From: Tenericutes bacterium RIFOXYA12_FULL_35_10
GTDB lineage: Bacteria > Bacillota_I > Bacilli_A > Acholeplasmatales > Acholeplasmataceae
Assembly (NCBI GenBank): GCA_001830045.1
Contig: MIDA01000008.1
Span: forward strand, 6,499 to 70,498
Reading direction: 5' to 3'
DNA: 64,000 nt
The notes below the pieces were generated by a model that worked only from the letters and a program-made list of their open reading frames with translations, had not been told where the DNA came from and did no database searches. This document shows, piece after piece, positions 21,036 through 30,581 of the stretch. Position numbers and translations under genes: made by a program. Within the stretch, counting starts at the first letter, position 1. The number at the start of each line of letters is the position of its first letter.

Positions 21036-21087
21036 AGAAACCCCCGTATAAGATAAGCTCTCTACTTATCATCTACAGGGTGTCTCT
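21036..21087 (-). terminator. Long (about 22 bp, imperfect) hairpin after the GGDEF gene
   Basis: Minus strand AGAGACACCCTGTAGATGATAAG-TAGAGAG-CTTATCTTATACGGGGGTTTCT then TTTT. Confidence 0.55.
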
Positions 21088-21117
21088 TATTTATCTTAGC
21101 GTAAAACTTAAAAAATA

Positions 21118-22653
21118 TTATCTAATGACCTTATCTTTTAATTCAATAAATTCAATCAGCTTTTGTCTATATGCTTTAGATGCAGTTGATTTCATGTCAT
21201 ACATACGTGCATCAGCAGTTTGAATGAGATCGTAAATATTTTGATCTCCTTTTTCATCAAAAGCAAAGCCAATGGAGACACTAATTGTCTTTTCAATGTC
21301 TTCATTCTCACAAACCATTTGAAGATCACTTATTTTTTGATTGATTTGATCAGCCTGTATACCGTAAACAAGAATGATAAATTCATCGCCACCAATGCGT
21401 GCAATATCTTTTTTAGGTATATCACTAAAAACCTTCTTGATCTGATGAGAAAGCGACTTTAAAAGAAAATCTCCTCTTTCGTGACCAAGATAATCATTAT
21501 TTATTTTAAGTCCATTTAAATCAAGTGAAATGACACTTGTGAGTGATTTTGCTTGATAATGCTTAAGCTTATATTCGATATAGTTTCTGTTATTTAGACC
21601 TGTCATCATGTCGTAATTACTCAATTGGTTAAGTTCTCTTAATAAGCTATAGACTTGTGTTTCATCATAAAGCAAAATCATATGTCCTGAATCCTTCATT
21701 CCTTTAAGATAAAATTCTTTTTCTCTTAAATGATAATGATCTTTATCAGAATTCGAGTCCTCGAACGTTTTATAATCGCTATAAAGTACAACTTTATCGT
21801 CTAATCGAGAAACTATATCTTCAAAACGTTGACCAATAACTTCATCTAAAGATAATTGGTATTTCTCAATAATCAGTGGACTAATCTCAATAATTCTTTT
21901 TTCCGCATCCGTTAAAATATACATTTCCCTCATGTTTGAAAGTATTTCCCCACGTCCCGATGTACGAAGATTAAAGACCATATCTTTTCGATAGATCACA
22001 TCATATAAGATGTAGGCTACAAAAACGAGTGAAATATAGGTTAAATTAATATTTATATCAAATACAAGTAACTGAATAGCGTTAAATAATATGACTGCAC
22101 AAACACTGACTACCATCATTCTCGTCACTTCTTTATATTGTCTAATCCCTTTTCTTTTTGAAAGAAAAACAATGAGTAAGACAATTGCACACAAAGCAAC
22201 AAGATAACTTAAGGCGAGATGATAGATGAAAAGTGGTCCATGATTTGACGTATATAAGTCATTAAATGATGATAACTGATTGTGGTTAAGATCTAGAAAT
22301 AGTAATGTAGATGAATTGGATAAAGCAACGATTAAATCGAGAAGTACGAGTACGCCTAAGATCACTTTGAGTGGCTTTGGAAAAATCTTTTCAACGTATT
22401 CAAAGATCGTACAAAGCATGAGTGCAGCAAACAATAATTTCAGCGGATATCCCAACATACCTACATAATAGATTAAAACATGAGAACTCGCTACCCTTTC
22501 TAAAACAATGAGTATCGTCCAAAAAAAAGTTGCATATATCAAAATTTTTAGACATGCATACTTTTTATCATTCCGATTACGAAACATATTGATAACGGGG
22601 ATGATGGATAGGAAAATAGTAATGATTAATACGATTTCAAAAAATGTTTGCAT
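21118..22653 (-). CDS. Membrane diguanylate cyclase (HisKA_7TM-like sensor, PAS-like linker, GGDEF)
   Basis: About 7 N-terminal TM helices; YDMMTGLNNR, DLNGLKINNDYLGHERGD, ARIGGDEF. Start moved to 22653 (SD GAGGT). Confidence 0.9.
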   Translation of the reverse strand: MQTFFEIVLIITIFLSIIPVINMFRNRNDKKYACLKILIYATFFWTILIVLERVASSHVLIYYVGMLGYPLKLLFAALMLCTIFEYVEKIFPKPLKVILGVLVLLDLIVALSNSSTLLFLDLNHNQLSSFNDLYTSNHGPLFIYHLALSYLVALCAIVLLIVFLSKRKGIRQYKEVTRMMVVSVCAVILFNAIQLLVFDININLTYISLVFVAYILYDVIYRKDMVFNLRTSGRGEILSNMREMYILTDAEKRIIEISPLIIEKYQLSLDEVIGQRFEDIVSRLDDKVVLYSDYKTFEDSNSDKDHYHLREKEFYLKGMKDSGHMILLYDETQVYSLLRELNQLSNYDMMTGLNNRNYIEYKLKHYQAKSLTSVISLDLNGLKINNDYLGHERGDFLLKSLSHQIKKVFSDIPKKDIARIGGDEFIILVYGIQADQINQKISDLQMVCENEDIEKTISVSIGFAFDEKGDQNIYDLIQTADARMYDMKSTASKAYRQKLIEFIELKDKVIR

Positions 22654-23203
22654 ATTAGATACCTCGTGATTTCCTTTGTAGTGGATGCCATAAATAGATA
22701 AATATTGTTGTAAGTATGATTTGCTTAACTTTCTTGATGTGATTGAAACCAACATTTTAAGTAACATTGAGCAACATTATTTTTTACTTTTTTCAACGAA
22801 TCATTTAAAGCTTTATCAATGCTAGAAATGATCTTGTTTAAGCTTTTCAACCTCAAGAGTTAATCGTAATCATCAGCTTAATCATACTATAACATTTCCT
22901 CATACTCTTTAAGTGTTAAGATATAAAAGTGTAATAATTATTAAGATATTATTAAGGATTATAAATCAGAATCATCTTCGTTACTTCTTGTTTCTTGTTT
23001 CGGTAATCTATACACAATACTAAGAAGATTTCAAAATGGGTGATGAGTCCATTTTTTACCTCAATAGATATGTGTTCAAATGGTGAAAAATAAACCAATA
23101 TCCTCAATTATATCGTCACATTTAAACTTTTTTTATAATTTTTCCAATAAATCAACCCCTGAAAACAGTATGTTAAGTGAGGGGAGAGAAAGAGGTGTTA
23201 TAT

Positions 23204-25552
23204 ATGAGAAAGACGATTTTTATTCTGACATCATTGATTATGCTACTTTTAATCGTTGCATGTACAGATGCAAATACACCTGATACATCCACAGATGTGT
23301 TGTTATCGGTTGAGATTAATCCAGCATTCGAAATCTTGGTTGGTTCGGATGATAAAGTAAAATCCTATCAACTTAAAAATGAAGATGCTGAAATACTTGC
23401 TGCTGGATTAGACCTTGTTGGAATGAATTATGAAGATGCCCTTAAATTGATGTTAAATCAAGCCATTGATACTGGGTATATTGATGTTGAACGTAGTGAT
23501 CAAGCTGTTGCACTTATGGCAGCAAACGGTGATGCTGACAAAGAAAATCAGTTCAGAGAAACCGTCCAAACTAAATTGCAAACATTCTTCCAAGAAAATG
23601 CAATTGGTGCTGTTGTCCTAAATCACGGAGAACTTGATGAAGAAGTTATTTCATTTTCTGAAGAACATGAGATCAGTATTGGACTTGCTAAGTTAACCCT
23701 TGCTTACTTAGAAGCTAACCTTGATGTCACTTTAGAAGATGCACTTGCTTTATCACCTAATGATCTTGCTACAGCTATTAGAACCTACCATCAAGCTGAA
23801 GTGAGTGAGTTTAAAGCTCAAAGAGAACAAGAAGCCTTAGAGGTTAAAAATGAGCTCAAATCAATGGTTCAAGAACGTGTGCAAGCGCACAAAGATGCAG
23901 TTTTATCTGGAACAAAGACACAACCTGATTTAACTGGTGTCGCAGAAACCTATCAAAATCAATATCAAACAATGAAAGCAGCATATGAAGAAAGAAACTT
24001 GCAACGTAAAAATCAAGCAAAAGCTAAACTTTCTTTAAATGTTCCACGTATGGTATCACTTGATATTAATCCACAAGTTGACTTTGTTATTGATGCGAAC
24101 GGTTTAGTTTACAGCGTAATGTTCAAAAATGAAGATGCTGAAATCGTTGGTGCAGGATTAGATCTCGTTGGATTAACTTATCAACAAGCTTTCCAACACT
24201 ACGTAGATGCAGCCGTTGATACGGGTTATATTTCAGTAACACGCGCTGATAATGCAGTTGCATTAATGACTGGTTCACTTGATGCTGAACTTGATGAAAC
24301 ATTCCAAAACCAAATTAAAACGATGTTACAAACCTACTTCCAAGAAAATGCTTTAGGTGCTGTTGTCTTAAGTAAAGCAGATGTTGATGAAACCTTACAA
24401 AACGTGATGGATACGTATGATATTTCAGCGGGTTATGCGAAATTAGCACTTGCCTATCAAGAACTTTATCCTGAAATGGTACTTGATGATATTGTTTTAC
24501 TCGAACCAAGTGATCTCATTGATGATATTGCTGCTCTTCAAGTAAGTGCCTATGCACAGTATAAGTCAGAAAAAGAAGCCAATGCACTAATGATTAAAAA
24601 TGAAATGAAAATTGCTATGCAAGCAGAAGTTCAAGCACATAAAGATGCTGTTACCGCTGGAACAAAAACACAACCGGATTTAACAGGCGTTGAAGAAGCA
24701 TATCTTTTACAGTATCAAACAAAGATTCAAGAATTTACTGATGCAAACACAGCACGTAAAGATGCTGCAAAAGATAAAGTTCAACAAGGACAAGGCCAAG
24801 TCTTATTTGTTGACATCAACCCATCTGTTGAAATGGTTATCGATCCAAATGGTTTTGTTACAAGCGTGAAGTTCAAGAATGAAGATGCTGAAATCGTTGG
24901 TGCAGGTTTGATGCTTGTCGGTGCACATTATGAAGATGCCTTAAATCAATATTTACAAGCTGCTATTCAAACAGGTTATATCGATGTCGAACGTAACGAT
25001 AATGCAGTTTGTGTTCAAACAGCACATATGAATGAAGCTACTGAAACAGCTTTTCAAGCTCAAGTAGAAACGAAACTTCAGACTTTCTTCCAAGAAAACG
25101 CGATTGGTGCAGTAGTGCTCAAACATGGTGAAATTGATGAAGAAGTCATGAATCTTGTTGATACATACGATCTAAGTGTAGGACATGCTAAACTTATTTT
25201 GGGTTATTTAGAAGCTAATCCTGAAGTTACTTTAGAAGAAGCGCTACTTCTTCCCATCGAACAACTTGTATTAAATACGATTCATGCACATGAAGCTTAT
25301 ATGAATGCTTACAAAGGCGAAAAAGAAACTTCATCTCAAGCAATTAAAGATGAAATGACTCAAATGATGATGAGTAAAGTAAAAGCTCACGAACAAGCAG
25401 TTCAAAATGGCACAAAAGAAGCCCCAGATACAACGGGTGTAAGAGAAGCTTATTTAGCAAACTATGAACTTATGCATCAAGGTTATGTGACGCGTAATCA
25501 AGAAAGAAAGGAAACCGCTAAACAACAAGCAGGACAAAATCAACCTGCATAA
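23204..25552 (+). CDS. Lipoprotein with three tandem RsgI-type periplasmic (SEAL) domains
   Basis: Lipobox LIVA-C. Three copies of [E/D]INP...KNEDAEI...GYI...ENA[I/L]GAVVL...S.G.AKL, the RsgI extracellular core pattern. No TM helix or anti-sigma domain. Start 23204 (SD GAGGTG). Confidence 0.85.
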   Translation: MRKTIFILTSLIMLLLIVACTDANTPDTSTDVLLSVEINPAFEILVGSDDKVKSYQLKNEDAEILAAGLDLVGMNYEDALKLMLNQAIDTGYIDVERSDQAVALMAANGDADKENQFRETVQTKLQTFFQENAIGAVVLNHGELDEEVISFSEEHEISIGLAKLTLAYLEANLDVTLEDALALSPNDLATAIRTYHQAEVSEFKAQREQEALEVKNELKSMVQERVQAHKDAVLSGTKTQPDLTGVAETYQNQYQTMKAAYEERNLQRKNQAKAKLSLNVPRMVSLDINPQVDFVIDANGLVYSVMFKNEDAEIVGAGLDLVGLTYQQAFQHYVDAAVDTGYISVTRADNAVALMTGSLDAELDETFQNQIKTMLQTYFQENALGAVVLSKADVDETLQNVMDTYDISAGYAKLALAYQELYPEMVLDDIVLLEPSDLIDDIAALQVSAYAQYKSEKEANALMIKNEMKIAMQAEVQAHKDAVTAGTKTQPDLTGVEEAYLLQYQTKIQEFTDANTARKDAAKDKVQQGQGQVLFVDINPSVEMVIDPNGFVTSVKFKNEDAEIVGAGLMLVGAHYEDALNQYLQAAIQTGYIDVERNDNAVCVQTAHMNEATETAFQAQVETKLQTFFQENAIGAVVLKHGEIDEEVMNLVDTYDLSVGHAKLILGYLEANPEVTLEEALLLPIEQLVLNTIHAHEAYMNAYKGEKETSSQAIKDEMTQMMMSKVKAHEQAVQNGTKEAPDTTGVREAYLANYELMHQGYVTRNQERKETAKQQAGQNQPA
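23297..25546 (+). repeat. Three 750-bp (250-aa) tandem intragenic repeats
   Basis: Anchors recur at exactly 750 nt: Asn-Pro codons 23318/24068/24818; AATGAAGATGCTGAAAT 23378/24128/24878; TTCCAAGAAAA 23588/24338/25088; GT[K] 23909/24659/25409. Confidence 0.95.
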
Positions 25553-25565
25553 GGTATTTTAAAGT

Positions 25566-25595
25566 AAAAGGTCTAGTTCGCACTAGACCTTTTTT
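25566..25595. terminator. Bidirectional intrinsic terminator
   Basis: AAAAGGTCTAGT-TCGC-ACTAGACCTTTTTT between convergent lipoprotein genes. Confidence 0.9.
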
Positions 25596-25607
25596 GTATA
25601 CAATGAA

Positions 25608-26675
25608 TTAACTTTTTGCCATTTCTTCATCATCGAAATAACCTTCACCTGGTTGATCAACTGGATCATAGGTGTCTAAGTCATTTGGGAATGTGGGTAA
25701 GTCAACACCGAAATCAATGACAGTTGTCATATTGATATCGATATTACCATCTACTGATTTAAACACGAGTTTTTCTGCTACTTTGGTGATTCTATTTCCT
25801 GTAATAGAAATCACGTAAGTAAAACTGAGTTCGTCAACCATATTATTAATCTCAGTTTCAGCTTCTGTAATGATTTCATCGATTTGAGCTTGCGTCATCG
25901 TTTCGCCCATCGCTTCAGCATAGGCAACAATCATATCTTCCATAGAATCTAAAACAATTTGTTTAGTTACTGTGAATACGATAGAGTAAGTGGTACCATC
26001 TTGATACACCTTGAGTGATGGAATAGCTTCCATGAGTTCATCAAAATCACCTGCTTCAATCATATCGATGTATTCTTGAGGAGTGGTGGTATCGATTTGT
26101 GTTTCAGGATCGACTTCTGACATCGCTTCATCCCACATCGTTTGTGTAACTTCTGTGTTTAACTTTTGTTTGAAACTTACTTCTTCTAATGCGTCGCCAT
26201 TTTCAGCATATTCGCCATCGACCATCATATAAAGATAGCCCTCAACAAAGTAAATACCTGCGGAACCTTTCATCGCGTTAGCTGATGAATCTTCATACCA
26301 TTCAGAAGAATATTCACTCACTTGATTAAAATCAATTGTTCCTTCGCCATGCAGTCTAACATCGCCAATAACTTCACTCATAAGTGCATAAATAGATGCA
26401 TCAATCGTTAGCTTAAAATCGTCAAGTGAAGAATACGTTGTATCTTCAGGATCACTTTCTTCTTTTACAAAGATATGTCCTTTCGTTGTAATGCGAACCG
26501 ATTCTGAATCAACAGATGTGTAATCAATGCTTTCAAAAAGGGTTACCATTTCTTGAGCAGAAAGCTCAACTACGTTGTCTTCATCAAATTCAGGAAAACC
26601 AACTGCTTCATCCCCACATGCAGCAAGTCCAAAACCTAAAAGTAAAATCGTGAGAAGTAAAAATATCTTTCTCAT
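25608..26675 (-). CDS. Acidic lipoprotein, possible LolA/LppX-like beta-barrel fold
   Basis: Lipobox LAA-C; alternating beta-strand pattern; C-terminal IDFGVDLPTFPNDLDTY resembles DUF6612/LolA-like lipoproteins. The fold call is an inference. Confidence 0.7.
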   Translation of the reverse strand: MRKIFLLLTILLLGFGLAACGDEAVGFPEFDEDNVVELSAQEMVTLFESIDYTSVDSESVRITTKGHIFVKEESDPEDTTYSSLDDFKLTIDASIYALMSEVIGDVRLHGEGTIDFNQVSEYSSEWYEDSSANAMKGSAGIYFVEGYLYMMVDGEYAENGDALEEVSFKQKLNTEVTQTMWDEAMSEVDPETQIDTTTPQEYIDMIEAGDFDELMEAIPSLKVYQDGTTYSIVFTVTKQIVLDSMEDMIVAYAEAMGETMTQAQIDEIITEAETEINNMVDELSFTYVISITGNRITKVAEKLVFKSVDGNIDINMTTVIDFGVDLPTFPNDLDTYDPVDQPGEGYFDDEEMAKS

Positions 26676-26794
26676 ATAAAATCACCTCTTTCTTGAACTC
26701 ATTATAATGCTTGAACTAACAAAAGTAAACGATTTGGCTTTCGATGGACAAAATAAATGCTTTTCGCATATAATAAATGTATGGTGAAAAACTT

Positions 26795-29047
26795 ATGATC
26801 GTATTAAATCATCTCAAAAAAGAATATCCGATGGATGGTTATGTCGTCAGTGCATTAACTGACGTTTCTTTATCTTTACCCCAAAAAGGGTTTGTGGGTA
26901 TCGTCGGACCTTCCGGTTGTGGGAAAACAACACTCTTAAATATCTTGGGTGGATTAGATCATCAAACTGAGGGTTTGGTTATGATTGACGAAGTGAACAC
27001 ATCCGATTTTAATGATTCTATGTGGAATAGTTATCGAAATCAATCCGTCGGATTTGTGTTTCAAAGTTTCTATTTAATCCCTCATTTAACGCTTCTAGAA
27101 AATGTCATGTTGCCCATTAAATTTGCCGGAAAATCCTTTGATGAACAAGTTGAACGAGCAACGAAAGTATTAAACCGTGTTGGTTTGAGTGATAAATTAT
27201 TTGCTAAACCTAACCAGTGTTCTGGTGGACAACAGCAGCGTGCAGCGATCGCTAGAGCATTAGTTTTAGAACCTAAAATCATTTTGGCTGACGAACCCAC
27301 TGGTTCACTCGATCACGAGTCTTCAATAAGTATTATGGAGATCTTAAAAGAGGCTAGTCAAGAACGCCTTGTTTTAATGGTTACCCATAACGAAAAACTT
27401 GCAGAAAATTACTTCAATCGAATCATTAGAATGGATCAAGGAAAGATTGTTGATGATGTTAATAAATCTGGACATGATGATGAAATCGAATCCATAGCAA
27501 CGCCTATTTACGCATCAAAGATGTCATTTTTGACATCGTTTAAACTCTCATACTTAAATTTAAAAAAGCGATTTTATCGTACGCTTTTGATCATATTAGC
27601 TGCAAGTATCGGTATGATGGGTATCACTTTAGTACTTGCTGTAGCATCCGGTTTTGATCAATTTATCGAACTACGTAAAACCGAAACGCTGAATGCTTTT
27701 CCGATACGTGTTGAAAAAATCAGCGTTGTCATACCTTTCTTCGATGAAAAATATAAGCCATCATTACCCGCTTTTTCTGATGATGAGATTGTTTATCCGA
27801 GAAATATTCAATATGAGTTTCAAACAGTAAACACATTGACGCCTGCATACTTTGCTCATGTTCAAGGTCTTGATCAAAATCTATACACCCATATCCACTA
27901 TGATTATGGGATTAATTCATCTTTTGGCGTAAAAAATGGAAACAATTATGTTAACCCTGAAGATGCGATCAATGAGCTAGATATTAATAAAGCCTACTTA
28001 GCAGAAAATTTTGATCTTTTATATGGTGAACTTCCTGATGATCAACAAATGGAAGCTGTATTTATCGTTGACCGCTATAACCGATTATCTAAAGATATTG
28101 CTCAATATTTAGGTTTTTCTGGGAATGAGCCAATTACTTTTGACGATTTAACTTCAATCAACCTCAAATGGTTACCCAATAATCTGGTTTACACCCTCAG
28201 TGGTACCAACTATATTGAAAGACCACTTGAAAACATCTACGATAGCGAAGATGCCCATGAAATATCTATTGTTGGTGTTGTTCGCATCAAAGAGAAATTC
28301 AATCTTGATTATTTAAGATCTGGTTTATATTACACATCATTTGTCGGTGAAACCATGCGTAGTGATGCCGCACTCTCTGACATCGTTTTAGCTCAAAAGA
28401 ATTCAAACACATCTGTTTTAGATGGTTCTTCTCTCACACAAACACAAAAAGAATCTCTATTAAGAGACCTAGGTCATTCAACCTATCCGGTTGGATATAC
28501 GATTTACTCTTCAACATTTGATGATAAAGATGCGATTATGCGCTACTTAAGAAGTTACAATGATCAGGTATCCATCAATGATGCCATTGAACCCTTAGAT
28601 ATTGCAGGTATCGGTTTATCAACGATGAGGGTTGCCATCGACTCGACAACCACCGTTCTTCTTGTTTTTTCTGGAATATCCTTACTCATTTCAAACATTA
28701 TGATCTCCATCATGACTTATACATCCGTCATTGAAAGAACAAAAGAGATTGGGATATTACGAGCTATTGGTGCACGTAAACACGATGTGGGAAACATCTT
28801 CTATGCTGAGACCTTACTCATTGGACTCGCTTCTGGAATTGTGGGTGTGGTTTTAAGTTACTTACTGATGCCTTTATTTAATATCATTTTAAATGACATC
28901 ACTTCGATTCCATCACTTACACGACTTCACCCTCTCATTGGTCTAGGACTTATTTTGATGAGTATGATTTTAACAAGTCTTGCAGGTATCATACCTGCAA
29001 AAATCGCATCCAATAAAGATCCGATTTTATGCCTTAGAAATGAGTAG
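26795..29047 (+). CDS. MacB/FtsX-type ABC transporter, ATPase-permease fusion
   Basis: [24 protein letters not shown]; TM1, large extracellular domain, then [17 protein letters not shown] and 3 TM. Start moved to 26795 because TATAAT at 26769-26774 precedes the ORF-track ATG. Confidence 0.92.
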   Translation: MIVLNHLKKEYPMDGYVVSALTDVSLSLPQKGFVGIVGPSGCGKTTLLNILGGLDHQTEGLVMIDEVNTSDFNDSMWNSYRNQSVGFVFQSFYLIPHLTLLENVMLPIKFAGKSFDEQVERATKVLNRVGLSDKLFAKPNQCSGGQQQRAAIARALVLEPKIILADEPTGSLDHESSISIMEILKEASQERLVLMVTHNEKLAENYFNRIIRMDQGKIVDDVNKSGHDDEIESIATPIYASKMSFLTSFKLSYLNLKKRFYRTLLIILAASIGMMGITLVLAVASGFDQFIELRKTETLNAFPIRVEKISVVIPFFDEKYKPSLPAFSDDEIVYPRNIQYEFQTVNTLTPAYFAHVQGLDQNLYTHIHYDYGINSSFGVKNGNNYVNPEDAINELDINKAYLAENFDLLYGELPDDQQMEAVFIVDRYNRLSKDIAQYLGFSGNEPITFDDLTSINLKWLPNNLVYTLSGTNYIERPLENIYDSEDAHEISIVGVVRIKEKFNLDYLRSGLYYTSFVGETMRSDAALSDIVLAQKNSNTSVLDGSSLTQTQKESLLRDLGHSTYPVGYTIYSSTFDDKDAIMRYLRSYNDQVSINDAIEPLDIAGIGLSTMRVAIDSTTTVLLVFSGISLLISNIMISIMTYTSVIERTKEIGILRAIGARKHDVGNIFYAETLLIGLASGIVGVVLSYLLMPLFNIILNDITSIPSLTRLHPLIGLGLILMSMILTSLAGIIPAKIASNKDPILCLRNE

Positions 29048-29051
29048 CCCC

Positions 29052-29987
29052 ATGTATATTGTTACAGGTGCAACCGGCCATATCGGTAATAATATTGTAA
29101 GATACCTACTTTCTAAGGGGTTAAAAGTTAAAGTGCTTATCAGAAAGATGGACGTATCTTTAGATGGACTTGATCTTGACATAGCGATCAGTCAAACCTT
29201 TGATCATGCTTTTTTGGATCGTGAAATCAAGGAATCAGATATGATTATCCACTGCGCAGCCTATATTGATTTAATGAATAAGTCTTTGGTCACATCCTAT
29301 CGAACCAACGTTCAGCTTACCAAAAGAATTGTAGATATCGCCATTGAGAAAAAGAATCGTTTTGTATATTTATCAAGTGTTGATGTGATTCCAAAAACCA
29401 AAAGAGGACTCATCAAAGAACCTTTATCTTTAGATATAAAGAAATCTAAGTCCTACTATAAAACGACAAAATCGATCGCAACCTCCTATGTTTATCAAGC
29501 ACTTCATCGCGGCTTAAATGGGATTATTTTATATCCGGCAGCTGTTGTAGGAATTCATGATTATAAGCCCAGCGCAGCTGGGCGTGAAATATTAAATGTT
29601 ATGCGTCATAAGATTGTTTTTTCAATTCATGGAGGCTATAATTTTATTGACGTCATGGATGTCGCAAAAGCATGTTATCAAGCAACACTTAAACCTATTA
29701 ACGATCACATCATCTTATCAGGCCATGAAATCACCATTAAAAAACTCTACACATCTATTGAAGAGATCACCCAAACAAAGAAAATCATTATTCCGTTGCC
29801 CCTTTTTATTGTTAGACTTGTAATTCTATTTTCAAGAACTTATTCTCAGATGATGATTTCAACCATACAGGAAAATTATCACTATGACAATCAAGAAATG
29901 AAAGATGTCTTAGGGATTACCCCAACACCTCTTAAACAAACATTAACAAACACGATCTCGTGGCTAGATATAAACTATAAAAGATAA
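29052..29987 (+). CDS. Extended SDR, NAD-dependent epimerase/dehydratase (DFR/HpnA-like)
   Basis: YIVTGATGHIG Rossmann motif, IHCAA, YKTTK (YxxxK), NFIDVMDVA. Start is 29052 or 29040. Confidence 0.88.
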   Translation: MYIVTGATGHIGNNIVRYLLSKGLKVKVLIRKMDVSLDGLDLDIAISQTFDHAFLDREIKESDMIIHCAAYIDLMNKSLVTSYRTNVQLTKRIVDIAIEKKNRFVYLSSVDVIPKTKRGLIKEPLSLDIKKSKSYYKTTKSIATSYVYQALHRGLNGIILYPAAVVGIHDYKPSAAGREILNVMRHKIVFSIHGGYNFIDVMDVAKACYQATLKPINDHIILSGHEITIKKLYTSIEEITQTKKIIIPLPLFIVRLVILFSRTYSQMMISTIQENYHYDNQEMKDVLGITPTPLKQTLTNTISWLDINYKR

Positions 29988-30012
29988 AAAAAGCATCCAG
30001 TTGGATGCTTTT
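29986..30012. terminator. Bidirectional intrinsic terminator
   Basis: AAAAAAGCATCC-AGTT-GGATGCTTTT between convergent genes. Confidence 0.9.
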
Positions 30013-30015
30013 CGT

Positions 30016-30567
30016 TTATAAAATGCCTAATTCATCTGCGATTTCTAGGAAGATATCATCAATCGGATAATATTCAACATTGAGTTTATTGAAAATCTCA
30101 TAACTCATGTTATCTAAATGATGAAACATCTCATGAGGAATCATTTCTTTCTTTTCAAGCTTTTCTAGAACCACTTTTTCAAACTCAACTAAACGGTCCA
30201 TATCTTTTTGTTCAAAATTTTCAACACCTAAAAGTTCATTTTGAAAATCGATTGCTGATAACAACAAATTGACATCTTTCGCACGTTTTTCTAAGTCTTG
30301 AACATTGTTTTGGTAGGCTTTTTTAAGTAACGAAACAATTTCTTCAATTTGATCAAACAGATAATAAAATCCAGTTTCAAAGATATGATCTTCGTCTTCC
30401 GTGTAGGAACTATCATCAATGAGTTTATCATAAAGATAATCTGTGACGTCAATGACATGTTTAAAACGAAGTATTAAATCGGAATTGGTTTCCACTAAAT
30501 ACTTGAGAAGTTCGTAATTCTCGATCTTCCAATTGGCATACTCGTGATAAACTTTTTCATCACGCAT
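30016..30567 (-). CDS. Acidic all-helical hypothetical protein
   Basis: Long ORF 14 nt downstream of the fba stop; SD AGGTGA before ATG 30567. Confidence 0.75.
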   Translation of the reverse strand: MRDEKVYHEYANWKIENYELLKYLVETNSDLILRFKHVIDVTDYLYDKLIDDSSYTEDEDHIFETGFYYLFDQIEEIVSLLKKAYQNNVQDLEKRAKDVNLLLSAIDFQNELLGVENFEQKDMDRLVEFEKVVLEKLEKKEMIPHEMFHHLDNMSYEIFNKLNVEYYPIDDIFLEIADELGIL

Positions 30568-30581
30568 TAAAATCACCTACT

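Noticed and set aside
23038-23051. GGGTGATGAGTCC resembling the start of a fluoride riboswitch
   Set aside because: The P1 pairing and downstream pseudoknot motif are missing and no fluoride-related gene follows; better explained as a terminator-like hairpin.
23154-23180. ACCCCTGAAAA resembling a sigma-I -35 element upstream of the RsgI-like lipoprotein
   Set aside because: No CGWA -10 at the required spacing, and no sigI gene in the window.
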